Below, in pieces: positions 37,481-46,416 of a stretch of 64,000 nucleotides of DNA. The notes beneath the pieces are model-generated. The model was not told the DNA's origin. It ran no database searches and saw nothing but the letters and a program-made list of their open reading frames with translations. The position numbers and the translations under genes are program-made. Source of the DNA: Clostridia bacterium (GTDB lineage: Bacteria > Bacillota > Clostridia > Christensenellales > RUG350); assembly GCA_017631635.1 (NCBI GenBank), contig JAGBSX010000048.1:5626-69625 (forward strand), read 5' to 3'. Every line of letters begins with the position of its first letter. Position 1 is the first letter of the stretch.

Positions 37481-38461
37481 TCATAGCATACTTGCTATTA
37501 TTTGTTCTCTAGATAGAGGTGATAGGTCCACGGGGCGTACGTCGAATACCGTCACAGCACCTACCTCTCCTCTCATGTGCATATTGTACACAGCCCTACA
37601 AAAAGCCGTGATTACACTAGCAGTGAATTCGGGGTTTGAGTCTAGTTTGAGAGAATATTCTACTACGTGATTATTCGCTTTGTCTAGTCCCGTGCTACCA
37701 GTCCTGATGACAAATCCACCGTGTGGTATACCCTTGTGGTCTCTGTCTAGCACCTCTTGGGATACGAAATGCACCATAGTATCATAATCAGCGAAATAAT
37801 TGGGCATGGTGACTATCTCTCTCTCCACTCTAGCCTTGTCTACTCCATCTGCCACTACTACGTAGCACTCACGGATATGTTTGTCACGAGTGGTGAGGTC
37901 AGGGCATACGCCACTACGCACCTTGTCTAGAGCAGAGTCTACGGGGATAGTGTATTGTCTAGCATCTAGCACACCCTCTATTCGCCTGATAGCGTCGGAG
38001 TGACCTTGCGAAACTCCCTTGCCCCAAAAGGTATAATCTCTGCCATTTGGAAGTATAGCACTACCGTATAGTCTGGCTAGCGAAAACATACCTGGGTCCC
38101 AACCTGCCGATATGAGGGCGAGGTGGCGACTCTCTCTAGCCGTAGCATCTACGTTGGCTAGATGAGTAGGTATATTGGCGTGAGTGTCAAAACTGTCTAT
38201 GACGTTGAAATGTTTGGCTAGTTCGGGAGTCGTAGTAGGTAGGTCGGTAGCCGAGCCACCGCATAGTACCAATACGTCGATATCGTCACGGTAGAGAAGT
38301 ATATCGTCGCTAGAGTACACGGGCGCTCCCGTGAGGGTGGTGAGAGTAGAGGGGTCTCTACGAGTAAATACACCCACTAGCGTCATATCATCTGCATAGT
38401 TGACGGCACACTCTATACCTTTGCCTAGGTTGCCGTATCCGTATATCGCTACTCTTATCAT
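37481..38461 (-). CDS. ddh: meso-diaminopimelate D-dehydrogenase
   Basis: MIRVAIYGYGNLGKG...GWDPGMFS...WGKGVSQGHSDA are typical of Ddh. ATG 38461 follows GGAGG; the longer track ORF overlaps dapB. Confidence 0.85.
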   Translation of the reverse strand: MIRVAIYGYGNLGKGIECAVNYADDMTLVGVFTRRDPSTLTTLTGAPVYSSDDILLYRDDIDVLVLCGGSATDLPTTTPELAKHFNVIDSFDTHANIPTHLANVDATARESRHLALISAGWDPGMFSLARLYGSAILPNGRDYTFWGKGVSQGHSDAIRRIEGVLDARQYTIPVDSALDKVRSGVCPDLTTRDKHIRECYVVVADGVDKARVEREIVTMPNYFADYDTMVHFVSQEVLDRDHKGIPHGGFVIRTGSTGLDKANNHVVEYSLKLDSNPEFTASVITAFCRAVYNMHMRGEVGAVTVFDVRPVDLSPLSREQIIASML

Positions 38462-38469
38462 ATATCCTC

Positions 38470-39228
38470 CTAGTCTGCTAACAAGTCTTGCATATTGTAT
38501 ACACCAGCACTCTTGCCTACGATAAACTGGGCAGCACATATAGCCCCTTCTGCAAATAGAGACCTATCGTGAGCCTCGTGTTTGAGGGTGATGGTTTGAG
38601 CATTAGTACCTATGATGACTTCGTGCTCTCCTACTATATTGCCCATACGTATAGCGTGTATACCTATCTCGTCGTGAGTACGCTTGGCGTTGCCACTACG
38701 ACCTAGATTGAGGGTAGCATTTGGGCGAACTTCTTGGATACCACGTGCTATCATGAGGGCAGTACCAGATGGAGCGTCCACCTTGCGATTGTGGTGTTTC
38801 TCGACAATCTCTATCTCAGCATCAGGCATAGCGACGCTAGCCCTCTTGGCTAGTTCGACTAGTAGGGCTACACCCACCGACATATTTGCCGAATAAAATA
38901 TAGGTATCATCTCTCCTGCACGGTTGATGAGAACTTTCTCCTCTTCGCTATGTCCAGTAGTAGCGAGTACCACAGGGATATTGTGTCTAGTAGCGAAGTC
39001 TAGTAGTCCCTCGGTAGAGGAGTGATGCGAAAAGTCCACTATCACGTCCACTTGGGATAGAGATGATAGATCGTCAGCCTCCGTATAGCCTACTGCTAGG
39101 GGCACGTCGATAGTAGCAGGGGATATATCTATACCTCCCACGAGAGAGGAGTCTCTATATCCTTGGCGACATAGGTCTGCTACGATTTTGCCCATATGTC
39201 CGAGTATTCCATTGACTAATATATTCAT
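38470..39228 (-). CDS. dapB: 4-hydroxy-tetrahydrodipicolinate reductase
   Basis: GILGHMGK, E.HH..K.DAPSGTA motif. Confidence 0.9.
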   Translation of the reverse strand: MNILVNGILGHMGKIVADLCRQGYRDSSLVGGIDISPATIDVPLAVGYTEADDLSSLSQVDVIVDFSHHSSTEGLLDFATRHNIPVVLATTGHSEEEKVLINRAGEMIPIFYSANMSVGVALLVELAKRASVAMPDAEIEIVEKHHNRKVDAPSGTALMIARGIQEVRPNATLNLGRSGNAKRTHDEIGIHAIRMGNIVGEHEVIIGTNAQTITLKHEAHDRSLFAEGAICAAQFIVGKSAGVYNMQDLLAD

Positions 39229-39241
39229 AATATACCTCTTT

Positions 39242-40126
39242 TTAGATGAGATTTTGCTCGCGCATTAGGTCGTAGAGAACTTCTGCGTGCTTATCCTCCA
39301 TAGGAGTAAGTGGTAGTCGTAGATAATTGTCACAGTAGCCCATCTTGGCGACGGCTGCTTTGACAGGGATAGGATTGACCTCTACAAATAGTTGCTTGAT
39401 GAGAGGGAATAGGTCTAGTTGGAGTCTAGTAGCCTCCTTGACGTTGCCCTCTAGATAAGCGTGGCACATACGAGAAGTCTCTGCAGGCATTATGTTGGAC
39501 AATACGGATATTACGCCCGAGCCACCTAGAGACATAATAGGTACGATTTGGTCGTCGTTGCCTGAGTAGATGTCTATCTCATCTCCACATAGATGAGCGA
39601 GTTCGGCTATTTGGGATAGATTGCCACTAGCCTCCTTGATGCCCACGATATTGGGGTGCTTTGCGAGTATTTGCATAGATTGAGGAGTGAGGTTGCATCC
39701 AGTACGGCTAGGCACGTTGTATAGTATGCAAGGCTTGGTAGATGCGTCGGCTATAGCCTCAAATGACTTGATGAGACCATTTTGGGTAGCCTTGTTGTAG
39801 TAAGGTGTGACTAGTAGCATAGCATCTGCGCCCACTTCGCAAGAAAACTTGGTGAGTTCGATAGCATAACTAATGTCGTTTGAGCCAGTACCTGCTATGA
39901 CAGGCACTCTACCTGCTACTACGTCTACGCAAAACTTGATAGCGTCTTTGTGCTCTTGGTCGTTGAGAGTAGAGCCCTCACCGGTAGTACCTACTGCTAC
40001 TATGGCGTCTATGCCACTAGCGATTTGCCACTCTATCAATCTGCGAAAATTCTCAAAATCGATACCATTTTCGTTGAGTGGTGTGACGATTGCTGTGGCT
40101 GCGCCTGTAAAAACTGTATTTTTCAT
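39242..40126 (-). CDS. dapA: 4-hydroxy-tetrahydrodipicolinate synthase
   Basis: TAIVTP...GTTGE...YNVP..TG... motifs. ATG 40126 follows an AAGGAG RBS. The 96-codon upstream extension in the track is the riboswitch leader. Confidence 0.9.
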   Translation of the reverse strand: MKNTVFTGAATAIVTPLNENGIDFENFRRLIEWQIASGIDAIVAVGTTGEGSTLNDQEHKDAIKFCVDVVAGRVPVIAGTGSNDISYAIELTKFSCEVGADAMLLVTPYYNKATQNGLIKSFEAIADASTKPCILYNVPSRTGCNLTPQSMQILAKHPNIVGIKEASGNLSQIAELAHLCGDEIDIYSGNDDQIVPIMSLGGSGVISVLSNIMPAETSRMCHAYLEGNVKEATRLQLDLFPLIKQLFVEVNPIPVKAAVAKMGYCDNYLRLPLTPMEDKHAEVLYDLMREQNLI

Positions 40127-40189
40127 AATAAAAATCTCCTTTTTTGCACACAAATATTCATCTTGACAAAAGAAAAAGACGACTGTACG

Positions 40190-40390
40190 CCATCTCATCA
40201 AAATATCGCCACTACGCGAGATAATTGAATCGATAGCCCTCCGCAAAATGCGACAACAAGACGGATATTCTCCGAATTGCCAGCCAAATATCCCTAAGCC
40301 GAGGATACCCACTTCGGCATTCGCCCCTCTCGTGGCAGGTCGGCTAACCCGTACACCCACGATATTGACTAAATGCGCCTCTATCAAATG
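40190..40390 (-). ncRNA. lysine riboswitch (L-box) leader of dapA-dapB-ddh-lysA
   Basis: On the minus strand: GATAGAGGCGC... GAGGGGCGAATGCCGAAGTGGG ...CTGGCA... TGTCGC..GCGGAGGGCTATC. These are the conserved L-box blocks, with a GATAG/CTATC P1. Promoter TTGACA (40427-40422), 17 nt, TATCAT (40404-40399). Confidence 0.7.
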
Positions 40391-40552
40391 ATAGATAGAT
40401 GATAGCATACCCAAATGGCTTTGTCAACATAAAATATGCCTATCTTCGCTAAAATATATAAAAAATCACGATTTTTTCAAAAAAAAGCCTTGCCCACTTG
40501 CTAGATATGTGTATAGTGTGGTATAGTGTATGAGTCGTTAGGAGGAGGAATT

Positions 40553-41932
40553 ATGGAGAAAGAAAAGTTTGGCTCTAGACTGGGATTTATACTCATATCG
40601 GCAGGTTGCGCGATAGGTCTAGGCAACGTGTGGAAATTCCCTATCATGGTAGGACAGTACGGTGGTGCTGCATTTATACTAATATACCTACTATTTTTGT
40701 TGATATTTGGATTGCCTATCATGACTATGGAGTTTTCGGTAGGCAGAGCGAGTGGACTAAGCGTAGCCAAGTCCTTTCAAAAACTAGAGCCCAAGGGTAC
40801 GAAATGGAATAAGTTCGGCTGGGTAGCAGTAGTAGGTAATTATCTACTTATGATGTTTTATACCCTAGTCGCAGGCTGGATGTTCGTTTATTTCTTTAAG
40901 TATATCACGGGCGCGTTTGAGGGTATGGACAATTCGGTGATACCAGATGCTTTTGGTCAAATGACGGCAGACCCACTAGTGTCCGTACTGTGCATGGTGC
41001 TAGTAGTATTACTAGGATTTGGCATATGCGCGCTAGGATTTAAGAAAGGCGTAGAGAGAGTCAACAAAGTAATGATGCTAGCGCTACTTGTCATAATCAT
41101 AGCCCTAGCAGTATACGTAGCCACCCTACCAGGCGCTGACCAAGGTCTAGCGTATTATTTCGTACCAGATTTTCAAAAGATGGTAGATATAGGTATAGGC
41201 AAGGTGGTCTTTGGCGCTATGTCGCAGGCTTTCTTCACGTTGTCTATAGGTATGGGCTCTATGGCTATATTTGGCTCGCATATCGGTAAGGATAGGAGTC
41301 TATTTGGCGAATCTATATGCATAGCAGGACTAGACACCTTCGTGGCTATCATGGCAGGACTCATAGTGATACCTGCGTGTTTTGCATTTGGCACAGATCC
41401 AGGTGGCGGTGGCCCAGGACTACTATTTCAGACCTTGCCACAAGTATTCAATTCTATGCCAGCAGGCAATATCATAGGCACTCTATTCTTTGTATTTATG
41501 ATATTCGCCGCTATGTCTACGGTGGTAGCCGTATTTGAGAATATCATATCGTTTGGTGAAGAACTATTCGGCTGGTCGAGGAGAAAGTCTTGTCTTATTA
41601 ACCTAGTAGCCCTCATTATTCTCTCTTTGCCTTGCGCACTTGGTAGCAATTTGCTCTCTTCTATCAACATAGCAGGTATGGACATAATGAGTATAGAGGA
41701 CTTCTTGGTGTCTAGCAATATATTGCCATTAGGCTCACTAGTATACGTGCTATTTTGCACCTCCAACAAGCACGGTTGGGGTTGGGACAACTTCATCACG
41801 GAGGCAAATGCAGGCAACGGTCTCAAGTTCCCCAAGATCTTTAGGGGATATTGCTCGTATGTATTGCCTATCATATTACTAGCATTGTGGCTACTAGGAA
41901 TATTGACAACCTTTGGTGTAATCACTCTATAA
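40553..41932 (+). CDS. sodium-dependent transporter, SNF (neurotransmitter:sodium symporter) family
   Basis: FILISAGCAIGLGNVWKFP signature. ATG 40553 follows GGAGGAGG. Confidence 0.85.
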   Translation: MEKEKFGSRLGFILISAGCAIGLGNVWKFPIMVGQYGGAAFILIYLLFLLIFGLPIMTMEFSVGRASGLSVAKSFQKLEPKGTKWNKFGWVAVVGNYLLMMFYTLVAGWMFVYFFKYITGAFEGMDNSVIPDAFGQMTADPLVSVLCMVLVVLLGFGICALGFKKGVERVNKVMMLALLVIIIALAVYVATLPGADQGLAYYFVPDFQKMVDIGIGKVVFGAMSQAFFTLSIGMGSMAIFGSHIGKDRSLFGESICIAGLDTFVAIMAGLIVIPACFAFGTDPGGGGPGLLFQTLPQVFNSMPAGNIIGTLFFVFMIFAAMSTVVAVFENIISFGEELFGWSRRKSCLINLVALIILSLPCALGSNLLSSINIAGMDIMSIEDFLVSSNILPLGSLVYVLFCTSNKHGWGWDNFITEANAGNGLKFPKIFRGYCSYVLPIILLALWLLGILTTFGVITL

Positions 41933-41935
41933 TGC

Positions 41936-41964
41936 TTGACAAATGTAGATAGTGGTGCTAAACT
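41936..41964 (+). promoter_or_regulatory. promoter for the orphan 5S rRNA
   Basis: TTGACA (41936-41941), 17 nt, TAAACT (41959-41964). A second TATAAT lies at 41975-41980. Confidence 0.45.
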
Positions 41965-42013
41965 TTGAGAACATTATAATTAAGTATATTACGCGTGAGC
42001 GTATATAACCATA

Positions 42014-42129
42014 TCCGGTGACAATAGCGAAAGGGACCCACCTGTATCCATTCCGAACACAGTAGTTAAGCCTTTCAGCGCAGATGGTACTTGACTGGTA
42101 GCGGTCTGGGAGAGTATGACGTCGCCGGA
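42014..42129 (+). rRNA. rrf: 5S ribosomal RNA (stand-alone copy)
   Basis: 116 nt. Terminal helix TCCGGTGAC/GTCGCCGGA. Conserved CCGAACAC, GTTAAGC, CAGCGC.GATGGTA, GGGAGAGTA.GAC. Followed by T6. Confidence 0.9.
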
Positions 42130-42153
42130 TTTTTTATGCAAAAAAAGAGGGTA

Positions 42154-42473
42154 TTGTCGCTCTTCCCGTAGGGAACTAGCGACAACTAAATAAATCCTTA
42201 CGGATTTGTGATATTCGTCTAACGACGAGTGATATTGCCTGCGGCAGTGATATTTGCCTACGGCAAGTGATATTGCCTATCGGCAGTGATATTTGCCTAT
42301 CGGCAAGTTATATTGCTTACGCAGTTATATTTTGCTAACGCAAAGTTTTATTTTCCCTTTCGGGAAAGTTGTGGTAAATATAATATAACTTTGACCGAAA
42401 GTCAAAATATAACGCAAAATAGTTTTTCATATCACTTTTAGCCACAAGGCTAAAAATATCACTAATATGTTTC
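42154..42473 (+). repeat. hairpin-array element copy E3
   Basis: 5' hairpin TTGTCGCT..AGCGACAA, then TAAATAAATCC-ttac-GGATTT. Nine units of GT(G/T)ATATT plus hairpin. Core GTTGTGGTAAATATAATATAAC at 42368-42389. Then hairpins followed by AATATAAC / ATATCAC. Confidence 0.85.
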
Positions 42474-42534
42474 AATTTGTCCAAAGTCTATTGCCAATTA
42501 AAAACCTCACCCTGTACGGATGAGGTTTTCGTTT

Positions 42535-42611
<77 letters not shown>

Positions 42612-42622
42612 ATTTCGCCAAG

Positions 42623-42651
42623 ATTGTAGCATATATATTTGTCTTTGTCAA
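42623..42651 (-). promoter_or_regulatory. promoter of tRNA-Val
   Basis: Minus strand: TTGACA (42651-42646), 17 nt, TACAAT (42628-42623), 11 nt before the tRNA 5' end. Confidence 0.55.
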
Positions 42652-42718
42652 TTGATTTTAGGTAGTTTGCTATTTGCTATCGTTGACTAATTGTGTCAAA
42701 GCGTAGTATACTATGTAT

Positions 42719-43663
42719 ATGAGCAAGCCTAGATACAAATTAGCCAAAGGGACTGCACTCGCCGGCATGGGATTGAGACTGCTAATGGGGTCTTATAGCG
42801 CATGGAAATTTAGAGTGGCAGGCAAGTTTCTCCGTGCTATTTATAGAGGTAGAGGGGACAAGAGAACTCTACGCAGAGGGGAGATATATATACCTAGTGG
42901 AGACAATACTCTCAGGGTGGTCACCTATGAGGACAAGAGCGCTAGTGGAGACACTATAGCACTACTATGGATACACGGAGGTGGCTACGCTATGGGTATC
43001 CCAGAGCAAGAGGTAGTATTCGCCAAGAAGTTGTGCCACTCCTGTCACGTCAAGATGTATCTACCAGACTACACTTTGAGCGTGGACAAGCCATACCCTA
43101 GAGGACTAGAGGATTGCTACACCACTCTACTATATCTCTACGACCACGCAGAGGAGCTAGGGGTAGATAGAGACAAGATAATAGTAGGTGGAGATAGCGC
43201 AGGAGGAGGACTCACGATAGCGCTATGCCTACTCGCTAGAGATAGAGGAGTAGTCAAGATAGCAGGACATATTCCTCTATATCCTATGATAGACTGCAGA
43301 GAGACGGAGACTTCTAGAGACAATCACGCACCCGTATGGGACACCTTGTCCAACAACCGTGCTTGGGATATATACCTGAGGGACGTGGACAGGAATAGTC
43401 CACCTATATACGCCTCACCGTCTCTAGCAGAGAGTTATGAAGGTATGCCACCGTGCGTGACTTTAGTAGGGGAGCATGACCCCTTCTTGGCAGAGACTAG
43501 GAGATACGTGGAGAGACTAAAGAGTGAGGGGATAGATACCTATTACCGTGAGTACGAGGGGTGCTACCACGGATTTGACGTAATAGCAAGAAATTCTCCT
43601 TCGGCTAGAGAAAGTGGAGAGTTTTTGGTAGAGAGTGTCCAAGATATGATAAGCAAATTATAA
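42719..43663 (+). CDS. alpha/beta-fold esterase/lipase (HGGG type)
   Basis: LWIHGGGYAMG oxyanion motif and the GDSAGGGL nucleophile elbow. Start is at 42713 or 42719. No SD, and the -10 TATACT ends at 42712. Confidence 0.75.
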   Translation: MSKPRYKLAKGTALAGMGLRLLMGSYSAWKFRVAGKFLRAIYRGRGDKRTLRRGEIYIPSGDNTLRVVTYEDKSASGDTIALLWIHGGGYAMGIPEQEVVFAKKLCHSCHVKMYLPDYTLSVDKPYPRGLEDCYTTLLYLYDHAEELGVDRDKIIVGGDSAGGGLTIALCLLARDRGVVKIAGHIPLYPMIDCRETETSRDNHAPVWDTLSNNRAWDIYLRDVDRNSPPIYASPSLAESYEGMPPCVTLVGEHDPFLAETRRYVERLKSEGIDTYYREYEGCYHGFDVIARNSPSARESGEFLVESVQDMISKL

Positions 43664-43680
43664 AATAAATCAAGCCTCCA

Positions 43681-44066
43681 AGCCGAGTCCCTACGAGGGA
43701 TTCGGGGGCTAAATAAATCCGTAGACGGATTTGTGATATTCGTCTAACGACGAGTGATATTGCCTATCGGCAAGTTATATTGCCTATCGGCAAGTTATAT
43801 TGCCTATCGGCAGTGATATTTGCCTATCGGCAAGTTATATTGCCTATCGGCAGTTATATTTTGCTAACGCAAAGTTTTATTTTCCCTTTCGGGAAAGTTG
43901 TGGTAAATATAATATAACTGCGACTGTAAGTCGCAATATAGTGCAAAACTTATGTGCATATCACTTTTAGCCACAAGGCTAAAAATATCACTTATCAAAC
44001 TTAATCTTTTGTGGATAAGAAAAGCCCACCATATTTCGCATATAAGCGAAGTATAGTGGGCTACAC
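43681..44066 (+). repeat. hairpin-array element copy E4 (longest)
   Basis: 5' hairpin CCGAGTCCC/GGGATTCGG, then TAAATAAATCC..GGATTT. Tandem units at 43754-43896 (five carry TGCC-TATC-GGCA). Core at 43897-43918. 3' hairpins with ATATCAC spacers. Long 3' hairpin AGCCCACCATATTTCGC..GCGAAGTATAGTGGGCT at 44023-44062. Confidence 0.85.
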
Positions 44067-44131
44067 TTTTGTATTAAATTAAAATCCCCTTATAGGAACG
44101 CCCCTATTAGGAGGCTTTTTTCATAGGGATA

Positions 44132-44896
44132 TTAGGCTAGGCGTAGCACCGTCAAGGTGGCAGAGCCTAGGGTGATAGTACTGTCAGATGTGTTGTATAT
44201 AGACAGAAAGTCTCCTGCGGTGAGTGAGAGGAGGATGGTACGAGATACAGCCTCAGTCTCTGCAGAGGTGTTGACTGACAAAGTTTCGTTTGGCACAAGC
44301 ACACCGTTTCTATACAGCGACACCGATAGGTCGCTACCACCTGCCTCAGGAGTACCTGATAGTGAGTATGATACTAGATATACTCCACTCTCTGTGATGA
44401 ATACGCTACTACCCGTGACAATCATAGTACTGCCCACAGTTTGCTCAACTTGCGCGATAGGCAGTACAGTATCGGTAGCAATCGTACCTGCGTACACTCC
44501 TGCATATATAGCGTCGTTTGTACCTGCAGGGCCTTGAGGGCCTACAGGACCAGTCGCACCTGTAGCGCCGGTCGGACCTACAGGACCTATTGCACCAGTC
44601 GCACCAGTTGGGCCTTGTGGACCTACCGGACCTACAGGACCTACAGGGCCAGTCGCACCAGTTGCACCCGTCTCTCCCTGAGGGCCTGCTGGACCTACTG
44701 GACCTCTAGGACCTCGAGGACCTATTGCACCAGTCGCACCAGTCGCACCTGTAGCACCAGTCGGACCTATAGGACCTTGTGGTCCCATAGCACCCATAGG
44801 GCCCTGAGGACCTTGTGGACCTACAGGACCTCTCGGTCCACGAAGATACACGTAGTTTGGTTGACAAGTATTGTCACATCTATTAAATAAGCACAT
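44132..44896 (-). CDS. collagen-like triple-helix repeat protein with a BclA-type C-terminal domain
   Basis: 35 uninterrupted G-X-Y triplets ([14 protein letters not shown]...GPQGPAG) by my count. A ~125-aa beta-rich C-terminal domain follows, resembling the BclA/C1q-like exosporium domain. Confidence 0.8.
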   Translation of the reverse strand: MCLFNRCDNTCQPNYVYLRGPRGPVGPQGPQGPMGAMGPQGPIGPTGATGATGATGAIGPRGPRGPVGPAGPQGETGATGATGPVGPVGPVGPQGPTGATGAIGPVGPTGATGATGPVGPQGPAGTNDAIYAGVYAGTIATDTVLPIAQVEQTVGSTMIVTGSSVFITESGVYLVSYSLSGTPEAGGSDLSVSLYRNGVLVPNETLSVNTSAETEAVSRTILLSLTAGDFLSIYNTSDSTITLGSATLTVLRLA

Positions 44897-45048
44897 AGTC
44901 TATTACCTCACTTTGATATGATTATGTACTACTATATACTATGCATTTTTCCCTTAGTAGGTGCTATGTGTCGTTTACGGTACGATATATATTGACACGA
45001 GCCAAATATTTGGTGTATGATATATCTATCTATACTAGAGGTGAAGAT

Positions 45049-46284
45049 ATGCTAGAATATATAATAATCGCGCTACTCGTAGTACTCATAGTGCTAGCCG
45101 TGTTGATACTCACGAAGTCAAATTCTAATGCAGACGAGGCGCTAGTAGTCATCAGAGAACAATTAAAAGGCATACAAGAAGAACTGAGGATAGTCAAGGA
45201 GGACAATATCAGGTACTCTGCATCCATCAGGCAAATACTAGATACCCAGCAGACGGGACTATATCGAAATATGGACGCTCTAGCAGAGCAAGTCAAGTCT
45301 TTGAGCGAGGCTATGGATAGACTGCGTGCCGAACTAGGTGCGTCTATGCAAGCGCTCCGAGACAACAACGCCAAGTCGCTAGAGAGTATCAGGAGCACCG
45401 TAGACGAGAAACTCACCGAATCTATAGACACTCGTCTAGCCAATTCCTTTAAGGTAATCAGCGACACCCTCGAGGCTGTGACCAAGGGAGTGGGAGAGAT
45501 GCAATCTCTCGCTACTGGTGTGGACGGACTAAAGAATCTGCTCACCAACGTCAAGACGAGAGGTGGTTGGGGAGAGGTGACACTAGAGAATCTACTCCAA
45601 GACGTGATGACTCCAGAGCAATACTACCGTCAATACAAAATCAAGCCAAACTCCAACGATATGGTAGATTATGCTATCATTATGCCAGGCAAAGAGGACA
45701 GCGAGGTGCTACTACCTATCGACGCCAAATTCCCTATGGAGGATTATCAGAGATTGATAGATGCGTCGCAGAGAGGAGACAGGGCTATGGTAGAAGAGTC
45801 CGTCAAAGCATTGAGACGCCGTATCATAGAGGAGGCTAAGACTATACAGAGCAAGTATATAGCGCCACCTACCACTATAGACTTTGCGATTATGTTTTTG
45901 CCTACGGAGGGACTATTTGCAGAGGTTATGCGTATAGCAGGACTCAGCGAAGAGGTGCAAAACAAGTATCGAGTCATACTAGCAGGACCTACTACCATAT
46001 CTGCGCTACTCAATAGTCTACAAATGGGCTTTAGGACGGTGGCAGTAGAGAAGCGTACTAGTGAGATTAGCAAACTGCTCGCCACCTTCAAGAAAGATTT
46101 CCAATCTTTCAACAGTCTGCTCGTCAAGACTCACAAAAAACTCACCGAGGCCACTAGCACTATCGAGAAAGCCACCGACCGTACTCGTATCATAGGCAAA
46201 AGATTGTCCAAGGTAGAGATAGACGGAGAGGACGAGCCTCTAGAGTTGGAGGATATACAATACCTAGACACCCCAGATGAATAA
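45049..46284 (+). CDS. rmuC: DNA recombination protein RmuC
   Basis: N-terminal TM, long coiled coil, and a C-terminal GGWGE...VDYAI..P...LPIDAKFP...FLP.E RmuC nuclease-like region. Confidence 0.8.
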   Translation: MLEYIIIALLVVLIVLAVLILTKSNSNADEALVVIREQLKGIQEELRIVKEDNIRYSASIRQILDTQQTGLYRNMDALAEQVKSLSEAMDRLRAELGASMQALRDNNAKSLESIRSTVDEKLTESIDTRLANSFKVISDTLEAVTKGVGEMQSLATGVDGLKNLLTNVKTRGGWGEVTLENLLQDVMTPEQYYRQYKIKPNSNDMVDYAIIMPGKEDSEVLLPIDAKFPMEDYQRLIDASQRGDRAMVEESVKALRRRIIEEAKTIQSKYIAPPTTIDFAIMFLPTEGLFAEVMRIAGLSEEVQNKYRVILAGPTTISALLNSLQMGFRTVAVEKRTSEISKLLATFKKDFQSFNSLLVKTHKKLTEATSTIEKATDRTRIIGKRLSKVEIDGEDEPLELEDIQYLDTPDE

Positions 46285-46294
46285 ATGCAAACAG

Positions 46295-46322
46295 TAGCCG
46301 ACTCGTAGTAGTCGGCTATTTT
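46295..46322 (+). terminator. intrinsic terminator
   Basis: TAGCCGACT-cgtagt-AGTCGGCTA followed by TTTT. Confidence 0.75.
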
Positions 46323-46416
46323 AATTTTGTCAACTATCACCTCAAGATGTGAGTTTAGGTGGTGTCAACTTGTAGACAAAGCAAATATTTTGTGCTAATA
46401 TATCTAGGAGGTATAT

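Noticed and set aside
37481-38539. A long form of ddh starting at 38539 (MCCPVYRRQECW...).
   Set aside because: The extension overlaps the dapB 3' end and has no RBS. Ddh homology begins at MIRVAIYGYGNLGKG (ATG 38461), which follows a GGAGG.
40127-40414. A 96-codon N-terminal extension of the dapA ORF (track 39242..40414).
   Set aside because: The extension translates the lysine riboswitch leader. The DapA homology, an AAGGAG RBS and an ATG are at 40126.
43754-43896. The regularly spaced repeats looked at first like a miniature CRISPR array.
   Set aside because: The period is only about 20 nt. The 'repeat' is an 8-mer and the 'spacers' are 11-15-nt perfect hairpins, several of them identical. 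No cas genes or leader are present, and the same modules recur at six loci.
44157-44890. Plus-strand ORFs 44157..44537 and 44441..44890 (RTYRTSRT... low-complexity).
   Set aside because: They are antisense shadows of the GXY-repeat gene. The periodic GGNCCN DNA keeps several frames open. The minus-strand collagen-like reading has a start, an RBS and a folded C-terminal domain.
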